A stretch of DNA of 64,000 nucleotides from Monocercomonoides exilis PA203 (Eukaryota; Protista; Preaxostyla): contig LSRY02000021.1 in the NCBI GenBank assembly GCA_001643675.2, forward strand, positions 1,116,001-1,180,000, given 5' to 3'. Below the pieces are notes generated by a model. The model saw only the letters and a list, made by a program, of their open reading frames with translations. It ran no database searches and was not told the origin of the DNA. Position 1 is the stretch's first letter; each line of letters opens with the position of its first letter. Made by a program: the position numbers and the translations under genes. Shown piece after piece: positions 22,555 through 34,692 of this stretch.

Positions 22555-25524
22555 CTAAATGACGGGAGGCAAACCGAATCTGATGATATCAGTTGGCAGG
22601 TTGGGTGTGACGCTTGAATCCGTATTCTCAAGCTGTTGGCTCTTCTCACACGAGGTTTGCTGTTGGAGTACCGGAGATTGTATGCTTGATGCTGAAATAA
22701 GCTTGTCGGCCATTTGATGGGATAGGTCTGCAGAGAGGTAGAATCTAGAGGGAGTGTGTGCAGTTGGTGATAGTCTAGCGTACTTTGCAACCAGAGTTTC
22801 CGGTACCTTGTTGAGCATCAGCGTTGAAATAGCAGCGTGCTTAATGGTGTATGGGCGGGAGTGTTTGGGGACTCCTATCTAAGACATTCCTATTCTAGCT
22901 AGCTTCCTAATACCATCCACTGTCAGCGGGGTGAATTTTATTGTGTTCAAGAGGAATGTGTCACACTCAGGGTGTCTCTGTTTTATGAATTCCCATAGGC
23001 ACAATAAGGTTCTTGCTGGGCAAATCTTTGCGTTTGGCTCGTCGAGGAAAGGTACTGTAATGCAGGAAGGTGAATTTGTCGTCTTGAGCTTCGTTTGGAG
23101 ATGCACTGCGCTTGAATCTATAATCGATGCCATCATTGAGAGCTGTGCTAGTTCACGAAACCTGCAGGCTGTGAATATCATAATTAGCAAAATGCTTTTT
23201 ATGGTGAGTTCAAGAAACGACAACTTCTCATTTGGGGAGTCTTGAAAATAATATCGAAAAGCGAGGTCTGGCTTCCACATCTCAGTATAAGGTTTTCTGT
23301 GCACTTGGCTTCTGGAAAACGACCTAAACAGCACATGAAAGAGAGAGTTTCCTCCTATCTCCTTTCCATAAACCACCTTTGAAAATAGTGAAATAGCCGA
23401 ACGCGTGGCTGCAAGACACGCATATGAAAAACCTCGTTCCCTCAGGTCTGTAAAACAGTCTGCGCAGTTCTTTATCCAGTTGTCAAACTTCTTGGGGAAC
23501 GGTCGCAGTTTCAATCTCCTCCATGCTCTGCTGAAGTGTTTGAATCCGAAGCAATACGATCTCCATGTTGTCTGATCCACACTGTTCTTTGCTGCACCTT
23601 GGATTCTCACCGGTACTCCGCATTGTCTCATGCTCTGTTTCCACCATATTTCGCCTTCGTCTGCTACCAGTTTAGCCGCGCCGCCATGTATCCCCCCGGT
23701 GGCAGAGATGCTCCAGTCCTTCTTAGCCCTTCTCCTGGTATCAGGACCTCCTTTGCGTCCTTCCACATAACTCGATGAGTCTCCATCTCTTCTAATATTT
23801 GACTCCACACTTGATTCTTCCAGGCTGGAAGAAAAAGAACCACTCTCGCTCTTTCCGTCTGGGCTTTTTTCAGACAAGGCATTATGAGAGGCACAGGGGG
23901 ATGTGCCAAGATGACTCCTTCTCTCCAGTCTGCGGCCAGACCGTCCGTGCACCAAGGGCTTCCTGGCCCATACCATATCGGTCTTTTCTTGTTTCTTATG
24001 TTTGCGAATGCGTCCACATTTGGGACGGCTTCCAGAACTGCTTCTGCTTCGCGAAGATTTTGAGTCCGAATCTCGTAGTCTCCTGCGATTGCGAGTCTTG
24101 ACAGCGAGTCTGCTATCACGTTCTTGTCTCCTGGAATATGAATTGCCTTAACTGTCAGATCCAATGCTTGACATACATATTGAATCTTTCTCAGTGGAGA
24201 AATCAAGTTCGGTCCTGCTCCCCACCTGTTGATGTTGAAAACTACTGAGGTATTGTACGAACCGAGGAGTAGGTTGTGGATTTTGTTGCGCTCCAGGTTG
24301 GAAGAAAAATTGTTGAGTACAAGGAGAACATCCAAGAGCTCTCTGTAATTCGATGTTTGTTCTCTGAATGTTGGGCTGAGAAGTTTGTGGAAATGTTGGA
24401 CATTCCCCGCAATATACAAGGTTGCTCCCACTGCAAAGGGAGATGCGTCCGTTGTAAGAACAGCTTCCGGGCTGGCAAAATCCACAAGCTTCCTGCTGAA
24501 CCTCGTATTCAGTCTCTGTAACCATAGCTCCAGTTGCTTCATCAGACTGCCGTTGAGACGCACCTCCCCATTCCAACCCGACTCTCTCACGCCTTTCTTG
24601 AGAACCGCATACCATCGGTTCATGAACAAGCTTGCATCTCTGAACACGAAGCGCGTAGCGCTGAGTAGCCCTATGAAGGATGCTAAACCCCGCACTTTCA
24701 CAGTCCTGCTGCGCTTCGCCCACTTCATCCATTTTCCACATTGTTGTCTCAGCTCCCTGCGTCGTTGATCCTCGAGTCTCACTGTCATCTGTTCGCTGTC
24801 CCATCTCCATCCAAGGTAATTGAAGTGTCCTTTTGGTTGTAGCTCGCTTTTCTCCATATTTACCAAGAAGCCTAACTGCCCCAACCAATCTACAATCTCC
24901 TTCGTTGCTGCTCTTAGATAATTCCTGTCCTGATGAAGAAGAAGAATATCGTCCAAATAAGTTACACATCTCACGCTCCACCGTTTCCTTACCTGTATCA
25001 TTTCTTTGCGCATCAACTTGGAAAAGACCCTGGGGGCGTCCTTGTATCCAAACGGCATTCCCCTGAAACCGAAGAAATCTCTTCTGAACTGGAAAGCCAG
25101 GTGAGGTGTGAACTCTCTGTGTACAGGTATGAGGAAATACGCCTGAGAAAGGTCCAAAGAAGTCGCCCAGTCTTCCTTTTGCAGCAGTTTCTCCACCGTG
25201 CGATGATCGTCCATTTTGAAGTGAACATCCTTCAGCGCGGAGTTCAGCGGTCTGCAGTCTGGGATTTGTCTGAATTTCCCGTTCTTCTTCGGGATAAAGA
25301 AAATATTGTTCAGGCAACCAACCTGGTCCGCGGTCAGCTTGGTCAACACTTCCGTCCTCAACCCCTCTTGTATCCACTCCGCACAAGCTTGTTCCTCTTT
25401 CTTCCCTCCGATAAAGCCTCTGCATCGTCCATTCTCCTTCTCTAGTTTTTCCCTCGCACCCTTTCCTTTCCAAATCGGTCGAATACCTTCCGCAATCACT
25501 TCTCCCGCTCCAATTTTCTCCCAC
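22555..25524 (-). pseudogene. DIRS ORF3: tyrosine recombinase with a long N-terminal extension overlapping RT; two nonsense codons
   Basis: ORFs 24148-25524, 22879-23976 and 22555-22818 share one frame, broken only by TAA at 24148 and TAG at 22879; YR motifs TACRFREL, ICPARTL, PYTIKHA, KYAR, RFY. Confidence 0.8.
23664..25499 (-). CDS. DIRS reverse transcriptase - RNase H - N6-adenine methyltransferase-like polyprotein
   Basis: FFIPKKNG, LDLSQAY, MPFG, YLDD; RNase H TTDAS/NYREL/ADSLSR with the third Asp replaced by Tyr (SYNTSVV); MT-like VDAFAN...HPPVPLI...LPAW. Confidence 0.9.
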   Translation of the reverse strand: MIAEGIRPIWKGKGAREKLEKENGRCRGFIGGKKEEQACAEWIQEGLRTEVLTKLTADQVGCLNNIFFIPKKNGKFRQIPDCRPLNSALKDVHFKMDDHRTVEKLLQKEDWATSLDLSQAYFLIPVHREFTPHLAFQFRRDFFGFRGMPFGYKDAPRVFSKLMRKEMIQVRKRWSVRCVTYLDDILLLHQDRNYLRAATKEIVDWLGQLGFLVNMEKSELQPKGHFNYLGWRWDSEQMTVRLEDQRRRELRQQCGKWMKWAKRSRTVKVRGLASFIGLLSATRFVFRDASLFMNRWYAVLKKGVRESGWNGEVRLNGSLMKQLELWLQRLNTRFSRKLVDFASPEAVLTTDASPFAVGATLYIAGNVQHFHKLLSPTFREQTSNYRELLDVLLVLNNFSSNLERNKIHNLLLGSYNTSVVFNINRWGAGPNLISPLRKIQYVCQALDLTVKAIHIPGDKNVIADSLSRLAIAGDYEIRTQNLREAEAVLEAVPNVDAFANIRNKKRPIWYGPGSPWCTDGLAADWREGVILAHPPVPLIMPCLKKAQTERARVVLFLPAWKNQVWSQILEEMETHRVMWKDAKEVLIPGEGLRRTGASLPPGGYMAARLNW

Positions 25525-26318
25525 TCTCGTGCGAAGGCTTGGGTGCGGCCTCCTTCTTTCTCTGAAAAAAACGGGTCTTTTGAGGGATAAAAGGTCTTTT
25601 GGAGTTAAAAGCTCTCGAGGAACGCGCGCTCTGCAGGCCAGCTGTATACGTTGAGTGTGTTAAGGTTTCTCGTTTCTTTTGCATCAATGGTGCAATCCTT
25701 TCAAGTTGTTCCCTGTTGAGTAATGGGTCTTCTTTTTCTTTCTGTAATAACCTAGCGGCAGCGAAACCAAATTTTGCAATTATCCTCATATGTCTAGCAT
25801 CTTGAAGCGCTGCAATTAAGAAGGTTAGCGCGTCGCTTAAATACGGTTTATCCTCCTGCTTCGCATTCTGAGTTGCCAGCACAATTGCCTTAAGCGCTGG
25901 AAGTAATCGGGACTCTACTTTCCAGGCTCCCTCGTCAAGTGCATCGGAAAACCAGCTTCTTGACCGGGAGTGAGCGTGGGTTCTAGCTGGAATAAACGGG
26001 GGGTTCCAAGAGTAACTCATATTCTGCTGCGGACTGATCAATATCACTGGCGTTAATTGGAAAGTTGAACACTGAGTTGGAGGTTTGATCCCCGAATAGT
26101 AACTTGCAGGCTTTATCCAAGTGTCATGTGGGAGCAGAGTCTGGCGTCATTGCAATGTCGTCGGCTAGTTGAGACACAGAAGATGAAGGAAATGCTAAAC
26201 CGGAAGCTGCGGAAGTTGGATTGGAGATGGGGATTTGTGCTCCCATACCGCCTGTTGGTCCGCTTTGCGGGAATATCCCGCTCAGTCCCGACGCAGATCC
26301 TTCCAACAATGTTGACAT
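25496..26318 (-). pseudogene. DIRS gag-like ORF1, frameshifted near 26130
   Basis: Lies between the 5' ITR and RT; ORFs 26124-26318 and 25496-26047 can be joined only by a frameshift. Confidence 0.55.
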
Positions 26319-27396
26319 TTATCAAATTTTGTGAACGACAGAGCCCTTAATAAGGAGCTCTCACTCCCTAAAAGAGAGGTGTCGTAGATCACGATTGTTC
26401 TTAAGAATTAAGGTGCTTTGCACTTTAATTCTCTAATTGTGCTTATTGGGTTTTAGGGTTTTGACGAATTAAACAAGTTCATTTTGTATATTGGGATGGT
26501 TTAGTGTTTTGTGGAGCAAAATTAGGGTAAGGATTAACCCTAGAAGAGACTTGGGGCAAAATTCTTTCATTTATGAAAAAAACAACAATTTGTTCCAAAC
26601 TTTTTCCACAACCTTATCATGAGAAATCTTGCATTCCTATGTCAAAAAAATACAGAAAAATTCTAAAGCTGAGAAAAATAATTGTTAGAGAAGAATGGAA
26701 CAAAATTCTTAAATCATAAAATTTTGTACCACTTTCAAAACGAAAATGATATGAATAGTGGGTAGGATCACCTTGGTACCAGGATCTACTCCACTTGCCG
26801 TTCATTTACTCATTTTAAACGATGGTTTATCGTTCAGCCATCAAATAAAAACCCATCTCCAATAATGATTGTTTTTGGACAAATGATTGTTTTGTTCTTT
26901 GTTGCACCATTCTAACAGAAACATAAAGTTAAGAATTAAGAATAGAAATTAATTGTATGTGCTTAATGATATTATAACTGACATTGAAAGAAAACGGAAT
27001 CACAATGAATTGACAGAATAACACAAAAATGATAGAAAAATTAAACAATTGCAAATTTGCTAAAACTTCAAAGGCAATAAGAAAAGATAATGAATATGTA
27101 AATGAATGTAAAAATACAGAAAATTCGAAGATATTTGACCGAAGTGTGATTCGAATTGAGGCAATTAGCGAAAGATCCAATGAATGAGAATGCTCTTCCG
27201 ATGATGGATGAAATAAATTTTAAAAAAGGGGGGGGAGATGAAAAGGCAGAAAAAGAGAAATGATTACAAAAGATGTACAATACACAAAAACTGAAAGAGA
27301 AAAAACAGTGAAAAGGAAAGATAGAATAAGAAAAAGACAGACAGAGAGATTGATAGACAAATAGATAGATGGAAAGAGATAATGAGAGATAGAAAG

Positions 27397-27656
<260 letters not shown>

Positions 27657-28615
27657 GAAAATAGAGTATATAATTACATTCAAAGAAGGGATTTTAAATT
27701 TATTTGTGAATAAAAAACAAAACAAAAAGAAAAGAAAAGAAAAGAAAAGAAAAGAGATAAATATTTCGTTATCACAAAACACACACACAATAAATGAAAA
27801 GAAAGTCAGTTTTTAAATAAATTAAAAAAATGGATAGTGTCATAATGAATAAATAAATAAACATTCAGCATTGCTTTGTTTTTATTATTATTATTATTAT
27901 TAGTGCAAGGCAGACAAAACAAAAATAAGAGATGGAGGAAGAGGAGGAGGAAGAGAAGGGAGAGGAGGAGGAGGAAGAAGAGAAGGGAGAGGAGGAGGAG
28001 GAGGAGGGAAAAGTGAGAAGAGGAGGAGGAAAAAGAGGGAATCCAAAACGCAAAATTTACTGTATAAAATTGGAAAAAAAAACAAAAAACAAAAAAAGAG
28101 CAATGGTTATCAAATAAGACGTTGACCAATAGCCATTCTATCCAAAAAGAAGTAATAAAATAAAGACACTTTTAAACAAATGGAAAAGCAAATAAACAAA
28201 TAAGTAAAATAAATGCAAAGTGAGGCACTAATTACACATTTACACAAATGCTCGCAGAATTAAACAAAAACAAAGAGGGAAAAAGAAAAAGAAAGAGGGA
28301 AAAAAAAGGAAAAAGAAGAGAAAGGAAAGAATTTTTGAACTAAAAATTGAATTCTCTCGTAGAAAGATACAAGTTTCCAAAGATGAAATTATCATACAGT
28401 GAAAAAGAATTTTTGATTATTCGAAATGAAAGATGAAGAAAGATGAATAAAAAGGAAGAAATAAGAAAAAAAAGAAAGGAAGAAAAGGAAAAATATCAAA
28501 AAGACACTAATTTTTCTCAAAAATATATTTGTGCCTTTTTTGTTTAATTTTATTTCCTTCTTCTTTTTTGATTTTTTTTTTTAACTTCTTCTTTTCTTCT
28601 TCTTCCTCCTCCTCT

Positions 28616-31600
28616 TCAACAGCACACACATATCCCATCCAACCCATCGTCTTCAGAATCATCCAAATAAGTCTTCCTCTTCTGCTTCTGCTTCTGTTTT
28701 TCTGTCTCCTTCTGCCCTCCATCCGCCACACCTTCTCCCGTTGGCTGTTCATTGGGCAGTTCATTGAACATCACCTGCTGCTGCTGCAATTGCTGCTGCT
28801 GATACATTTCTTGTGTCATTGGCTGGTTCTGTGTCTGAATGTGTGCTTGGGATTGTGTGTGTGGTAGAGATTGTGGCTGAGGTTGTGTCGGAAGCTGATA
28901 CTGTGACTGTGAATGTGAATGTGATAGAGAGTGTGACAATGACTGAGATTGAGGTTGAGTCATAGATTGATTCAGATTTTGAGGTTGACTCAGATTTTGT
29001 GTCTGGGATGTCATTTGTGTCTGTGTCTGTGTTTGAGAGGAGAACTGAGGCGAATGAGTACCAATTCCAATGGGAACCAGACTCGATTGCAGATACGGTG
29101 TGGTCATGAGAGAAGAAGGTGGAGTGTTTGGAGCTGAGGTTGGATTGGGGGCAGCGGCAGTGGTGGTAGCAGCGGTGGTGGAGTAGATGGAAGAGGCAGA
29201 GGCAGAAGAGGAAGAGGAAGAGGAGGAGGAAGAGGAAGAAGATGAAGAAGATGATGATGATGTAGATGAAGAAGATGAAGATGAAGATGAGGAATAAGCC
29301 GAAGAATTCGCAGAAGAAGGTGAAGTGCATACCAAGTAAGAAGAAGAAGAGGAAGAGGAAGAAGAAGAAGAAGAAAGCTGAGCAGCTGTCTGAAGTGAAG
29401 TGCCAGCTGCTGCTGACGGCGAAGGCGGCTGAAGTGCAAGTGAAGTGTTCTGATTGACTGTAGACGAAGACTGAGAGATTGGAGGTGAAATGTGAAGAGA
29501 CTCACTTTGTGCTGAGCTGATCGGCTGGCCAAACAAATTGACATTCAAATTCGCACTCCCAATGGGATTAGCATTAGCATTAAGATTACCATTAGCATTC
29601 ATATTAGAACTTGCAGAATTAGCAGAATAACTACTTCCACTGGAATTAGCACTCACGCCCGCTCCGAACTGTGGGTTGCTCGCCAGCAGCATCTGCGCAA
29701 ACCGATCAGGCGAATGAGGAGGTGTCATCGGTGCCAGTGGCGTGAGAGGCGTCAGAGGTGTCGAATGCGCCTGTGTGAGCGGATCCAGCGCAGATGAAGG
29801 AAGCAGCAGCTTCACCTCTTTCTCCCCTGGCTCGCCGCCGGCCCACACTTCTATCTGGCTCCCCAGTCGGCTCCCGTCATCCATGCTTGGCGAGTCCAGC
29901 CGCTCTGACTTGTCAGACCGCTCGTACTCTGTGCCGTGTGCTGCTATTCCTCTTCCTCCTTCCCACGCCGAATTCAGCCGGATCGCCAAGTTCGCACTTC
30001 CCCCGCACTCTCCTTCAAACACAGCTGCGGCTGTCACTGGAACTGTCTTCATGTCACTAATACTGCCCATCCTATTCGAATCAATGCTGCTTCCTCCATT
30101 CACTCCTCCATTGCCACTACCTCCATCACTTCCTCCACTTCCTCCTCCACTTCCACTCCCAATCCCACTGAATGCAGAGAACGCGCCGGGAGGGCTGGAC
30201 GAGTAGCTCTTCAGCGGCACCGCATTCGTCTGAGACGGCTGGACAAGCCCTCCTCTTCCAGACAGCATCAAGTGCTGTACCACAACACACCCACCACCAC
30301 CACTTCCTCCTCCTCCTCCTCCATTTACTCCTCCAATCCCTTTCTCGCTCCCCTCCCTCGAATATTGAATCGCCCCTGGAACCTGAGCCGTGCGTGGCGG
30401 AGATCCAAACCTCTGCGGCTGCAGCTGAATCTGCTGAATCTGCTGCATTTGCTGTATCTGCTGCTGTTGTTGAGCCTGCACCATCATAATTTCTCCGCGG
30501 AGCGTCGGAGATTTCTGCTCGTCCGCCTCTGTGCCGTCACGCACCGTCCCGCCTTCGCTTAAGTCGAGCTTGCTCATCTCGCTCTGCAGCGCTTTCTCTC
30601 TCCTCCTCAGCCCTTCTCTGTTCTCTGCCATCGTCCTTGCTGCAAGTGTAGGGCTTAATGTGAACCCCTCAGCAACTGCAAGGTCGTTGTCTTCCACTTC
30701 GCCGTCTTCGATCTCTGCCAGCTCGTTTGTTAGCCCATGCCGCATCTCCTCTTCTTCTTCTCCATCGCCTTCTCCTTTGCTCTCGTTCCTTTCATCATTA
30801 TCCTCGTCTTCCTCCCCTTCCTCGCTCTCTTCATCTTCCTGTCCGCCTTCATCCTCCAATTCATCTTCTTCGTTCTTCTTCTCGCTCTCTGTGTCTGGCA
30901 CATCGTCCCAATTCACCGACTCCTTGCTGCCTCGCCTTCCGCCTATACAAACTCCATGTGCTCCTCCTCCTCCAACACCAACACCAACCCCTCCCAAACC
31001 TCCTCCTTCCGCCGGCGTCAGTATCAGCCCTGTCCGTGAATGTGAATGCGCCACACCCGGAACTTCTGAGCTTTGTGTGGCAAGAGACGCCAACGAAGAC
31101 AAAGAAGAATTGCCCACAAGCTTCTTTGCCTGGCTGAGTTTTAAAGCAGCAAGGCTTTCCGGAAGAGGTGGGATGACGCATTGTGTAACAGGGTATCTTC
31201 TGCGGCGGTTCTCCCAGTCGAAGGAGATGGAACGATCTACCTGCCGTTCGGTGAGAAGGGACTGCATAAGCTCCCGGAGAAATAGGTAGTTTGGCGTGTC
31301 GAAGGCCTTGAGGGAAAGCAAGTGGTCGACGAAGAGGCGGAACTGGTTGGGCATCCCGCGAACGAGGTTGTGGTTGAGGAAGCGGCCCTTAGCGATGCCG
31401 ATTTGGTTCTGGGGAGAAGACGGGGATGGGATGAGGTGAGGTGAGAAGAAAGGAATGAAGTGGGGAGAAAGGTAAGGGGGGGGAGGAGTGTGTGAATGAA
31501 CGAAGAGGTAAAAGGAGGTAGGGATGAAATGGGGAAGGTTGGAATTGATAAAGAGCGAATTCGAATGAAAAAGAACAGAGTTAATTTGGATATGAATATT

Positions 31601-32861
31601 CGTAAAGAAAAATAACAATATGAATATGTTGTTAAAGGAATGAAAAGTGAAATTAAAAAAAAAGAAAAAAGAAATAAAAAAAAACTAAAATGTTGCCTTT
31701 CACACACCCTACTCTTTAATGTTCCCCAGGGAAGCTTTCTTTTTGCTAACTCGACTAGCATATACAAGAGAGACCACAAGTCATCAACACGCCCAAGTTC
31801 CTTTTGTCGATTTTTTAAAAAAAATGTAAAAATATACAATTTTTATCAGTGAAAATGCAAAATGAATTAAAGAGTAATTAAATTTTCAACAAAAAAACGA
31901 AAGAGGAAAAAAAAAATATCAGTAAAATTAAATTTCTCTGAAAAAAAGGGGAGGCAAAGTCATACTATTCCTCGATGAGAATTAAACGATGCATATCGAG
32001 GGGTGCCTCGAAATCCGAGTTTTGTTTTTGGCTGATTTAATATTGATGAGTTAAAAGCCATTTAAAAAAATACAAATGGAACAAAAATACAATCTTCAAA
32101 ATAAAAATATTTAATGAGAAGCAAACTTGACGGGTGTTATCCGCTGGATCGTATCTTTTTGCCAATCCATAATCAATAAGATAAATTGTGTGGCACATTT
32201 TTCCTGTTCCAATCAAAAAATTTGCCTAAATGAATAAAAAATAATAAATCATAAATTAAACGCGCACAGATAATGTTTAACAATTGCATGCCGGCTTTAT
32301 ATCTCGATGCAGAAAGCATTTATTATGAAAAATCTCAATTGCTTCCAAGCATTCGACAGCAACAAGAGCAACTGTTATTGTCGAAAATTTTTTGCGCCGT
32401 CTTTGTCGAAGTAAATTTCTAATGAATATCCGATTTATTAGATTATATCAAACAGAACGTAATAATAATAAAATATAGTTCTAAAAATCAACTCCAAACG
32501 CAAGATTCTCGCCAAGTAAATCCATAGTGAAAAAGTAATCATTATTTATTGTCCCAAAGTGATAAATTTTTGGGAAATGTGCCATTCCTACGTTTATAGC
32601 GTAAAATTATAAAAAAATAAAATTTTCATTTAGAACAATATAAATTTAACTCCGACCTTGAAACTCGTTCAAAACTGCAACTTCTATCTTAAGTGTTTGC
32701 CCAGATGCAGCTTTGGGTGCACGTTTCATTGCATAGTCTCTTCCTTTCCATCGAGCAACATATATTGACCCAAAACCTCCTTGACCCAACTTTTTCTGGA
32801 CAATTAATTTGTCTCCTGGTGTATCTGAAAGCTGTATAATCTCAGGTAACTGCAAATCCAT
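28616..32861 (-). CDS. Casein kinase 1 group kinase (TTBK-like) with a long disordered tail ending CVCC; multi-exon
   Basis: LGQGGFGSIY, YAMK, MDLLGENL, HRDIKPANFLIG, LIDYGLAKRY, GFRGTPRYAS, ELGRVDDLWSLLYMLVEL..LPW; the last large exon starts at about 31409; TGA at 28616. Confidence 0.88.
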
Positions 32862-33772
32862 AGAAACATCAATGCAGTTAATGTGAGAAAATAAGTTAAA
32901 CAGAAAGGTCTGTTTAATATAAGATTAGGTATGGGTTAAAAAATAAATTTTGCATTTATAAGATTTCAATTACTATTTATGTTTTGATGTTTCTTTTAAG
33001 ATTGAAGTGATCAACTCTCCCTTGGAGCAAGATTTATACAATAAACAAAAAACAATGCAAAAATTGATAACCTAAAAAGTATATGCAATCAAATATTTAA
33101 TTTTTCACAAATAAATTATGAAATCATGCATTATCGTTACGCTTAAAACTCTGTTTGGCTTCACTCCAAAAGTCTCCCTTGATTTTGCAATCATTTCTTT
33201 AAAAAATAAAGATTGTGCCAAAAACATTCCTGATGAATAATGAAGAAACAAAAAATTACAAACCAAATACAAATGATGTCCAAATTGCTTGTTTTACTCT
33301 CATTGTTAATCCGAAAAATGCAAACTATTGATTTTTTTCATTCTCTTTTATAATTAAAATAAAATGCTCACACCATAAATGCGCACATTACAAATGTTGT
33401 TTCTTGTTCAAGAAATGGATTTGAAACAAAAGAAACTTGCTTATTCTCTCTTTTGGGGCTATTTTTCATTTTATAATTCATGAAATAAACGAAAATTTAA
33501 TAATGACTATGATCAATCTTGAATCATGATGAATTGCTGAAATATAATAATAATTTTGTTCACAATGCAAAAAATCATGTTTATGCTGCAAAATGAGATG
33601 AATAAGAAAAAGGGCGAAGATGGGATGTGAAGGAAATGTTCGTTTATTCAGAAAATTGACTATAGAAAAATAATGTGCATGTTACATAAGTCTTTACACT
33701 CTCACAAAACAACATATATTAATCACTCAAAACAATATCCCAAGATAATTTTGTGGTTTTCACAGAATGTGA

Positions 33773-34511
33773 TTACTTCTTAACTTTCTTCAATTCTTGA
33801 GCAAGCCATTCCAATCCATGAAGAAGACCATCACCAGTCAATGCGCAGCATGGCTGAACATACCATGACCTGTCTCTGCAAACTCTGTCGAGCTCAAGTT
33901 TTTCACGGAGTTCTGTCGCGCTGCAGGCGCCTGCCAAATCTTGTTTGTTTGCATAAAGCAAAAGAACTGCACCACGAAGCTCATCTCTTTGAAGAAGATA
34001 ATGCAATTCTTCTTTTGCACAATCATTGCATTCCATGCTTGTGCATGCTATACGTGCTTGATCTGAGCTATCAACCACGTAAATAACAGCATCTGTGTTC
34101 TGATAGTAATGATGCCACAAGTGACGGATCTAAAAAAAGAATACACGTTCATAAAAAGCAACGTAATATCAGCAAAGAGAATTAATTGCAATTTGTGCAA
34201 ATTTTTGAATAAATAACGATTCACACCTTCTTTTGCCCTCCAACATCCCACACAACAAACTTGATGTTTTTCACCTGAACTTCTTCCATATTGAATCCAA
34301 TAGTTGGAATTGTATGCACATTTTCATTTAATTTCAATTTGTACAAAATAGATGTCTTTCCAGCAGCTGTTTTTTGAAATGTTAATTGATACAAAAAATG
34401 AATGAATGAATAAAAAATCCACATTTATCCCAAACCATCAAGTCCAACCATCACAATACGGTATTCTTTTTTACCGAACATGTTCAACACTTTATCTATG
34501 AGTCCTCCCAT
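33773..34511 (-). CDS. ADP-ribosylation factor (Arf/Arl) family GTPase, 2 introns
   Basis: MG myristoylation start, [37 protein letters not shown]. Confidence 0.93.
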
Positions 34512-34692
34512 GAGTTTTGGTGTTCTGTTCGATCAACAGTTGTGCCGTTTTGAGGAATTTAGAAATAATTTGAATATGGGTCATGTTTCTTTTGCAGAAA
34601 AAATAAAGTTTTTTCAAATGAAAAATACAAATTAAACATAATGAAATAATAAAAAAATAAAACATATGACAACATTTTCCTTTTTTTCAATT

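Larger units (their letters stand above)
21827..26431 (-). mobile_element. DIRS1-type tyrosine-recombinase retrotransposon, structurally complete but with coding lesions
   Basis: Inverted terminal repeats (about 21834-21908 and 26327-26402), internal complementary region, gag, RT-RNaseH-MT and YR ORFs; ATTC present at both junctions. Confidence 0.95.
21765..26799. mobile_element. Non-autonomous Merlin-like MITE (about 434 bp when empty) interrupted by a DIRS element
   Basis: 25-bp TIRs GGCAAATGGAGAAGATCCTGGTACC / GGCAAGTGGAGTAGATCCTGGTACC (2 mismatches); perfect 9-bp TSD GTTCATTTA at 21756-21764 and 26800-26808; TIR is 20/27 identical to the Merlin right TIR. Confidence 0.88.

Noticed and set aside
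26448-26545. Telomere-like TTAGGG/CCCTA motifs
   Set aside because: Isolated, non-tandem copies inside the MITE.
26960-27270. Coding-like plus-strand fragment beside the MITE
   Set aside because: Multiple stops and no recognisable motif.
31410-31618. N-terminus of the 1000-aa ORF as a real protein start
   Set aside because: Pyrimidine-rich intron sequence of the kinase gene.
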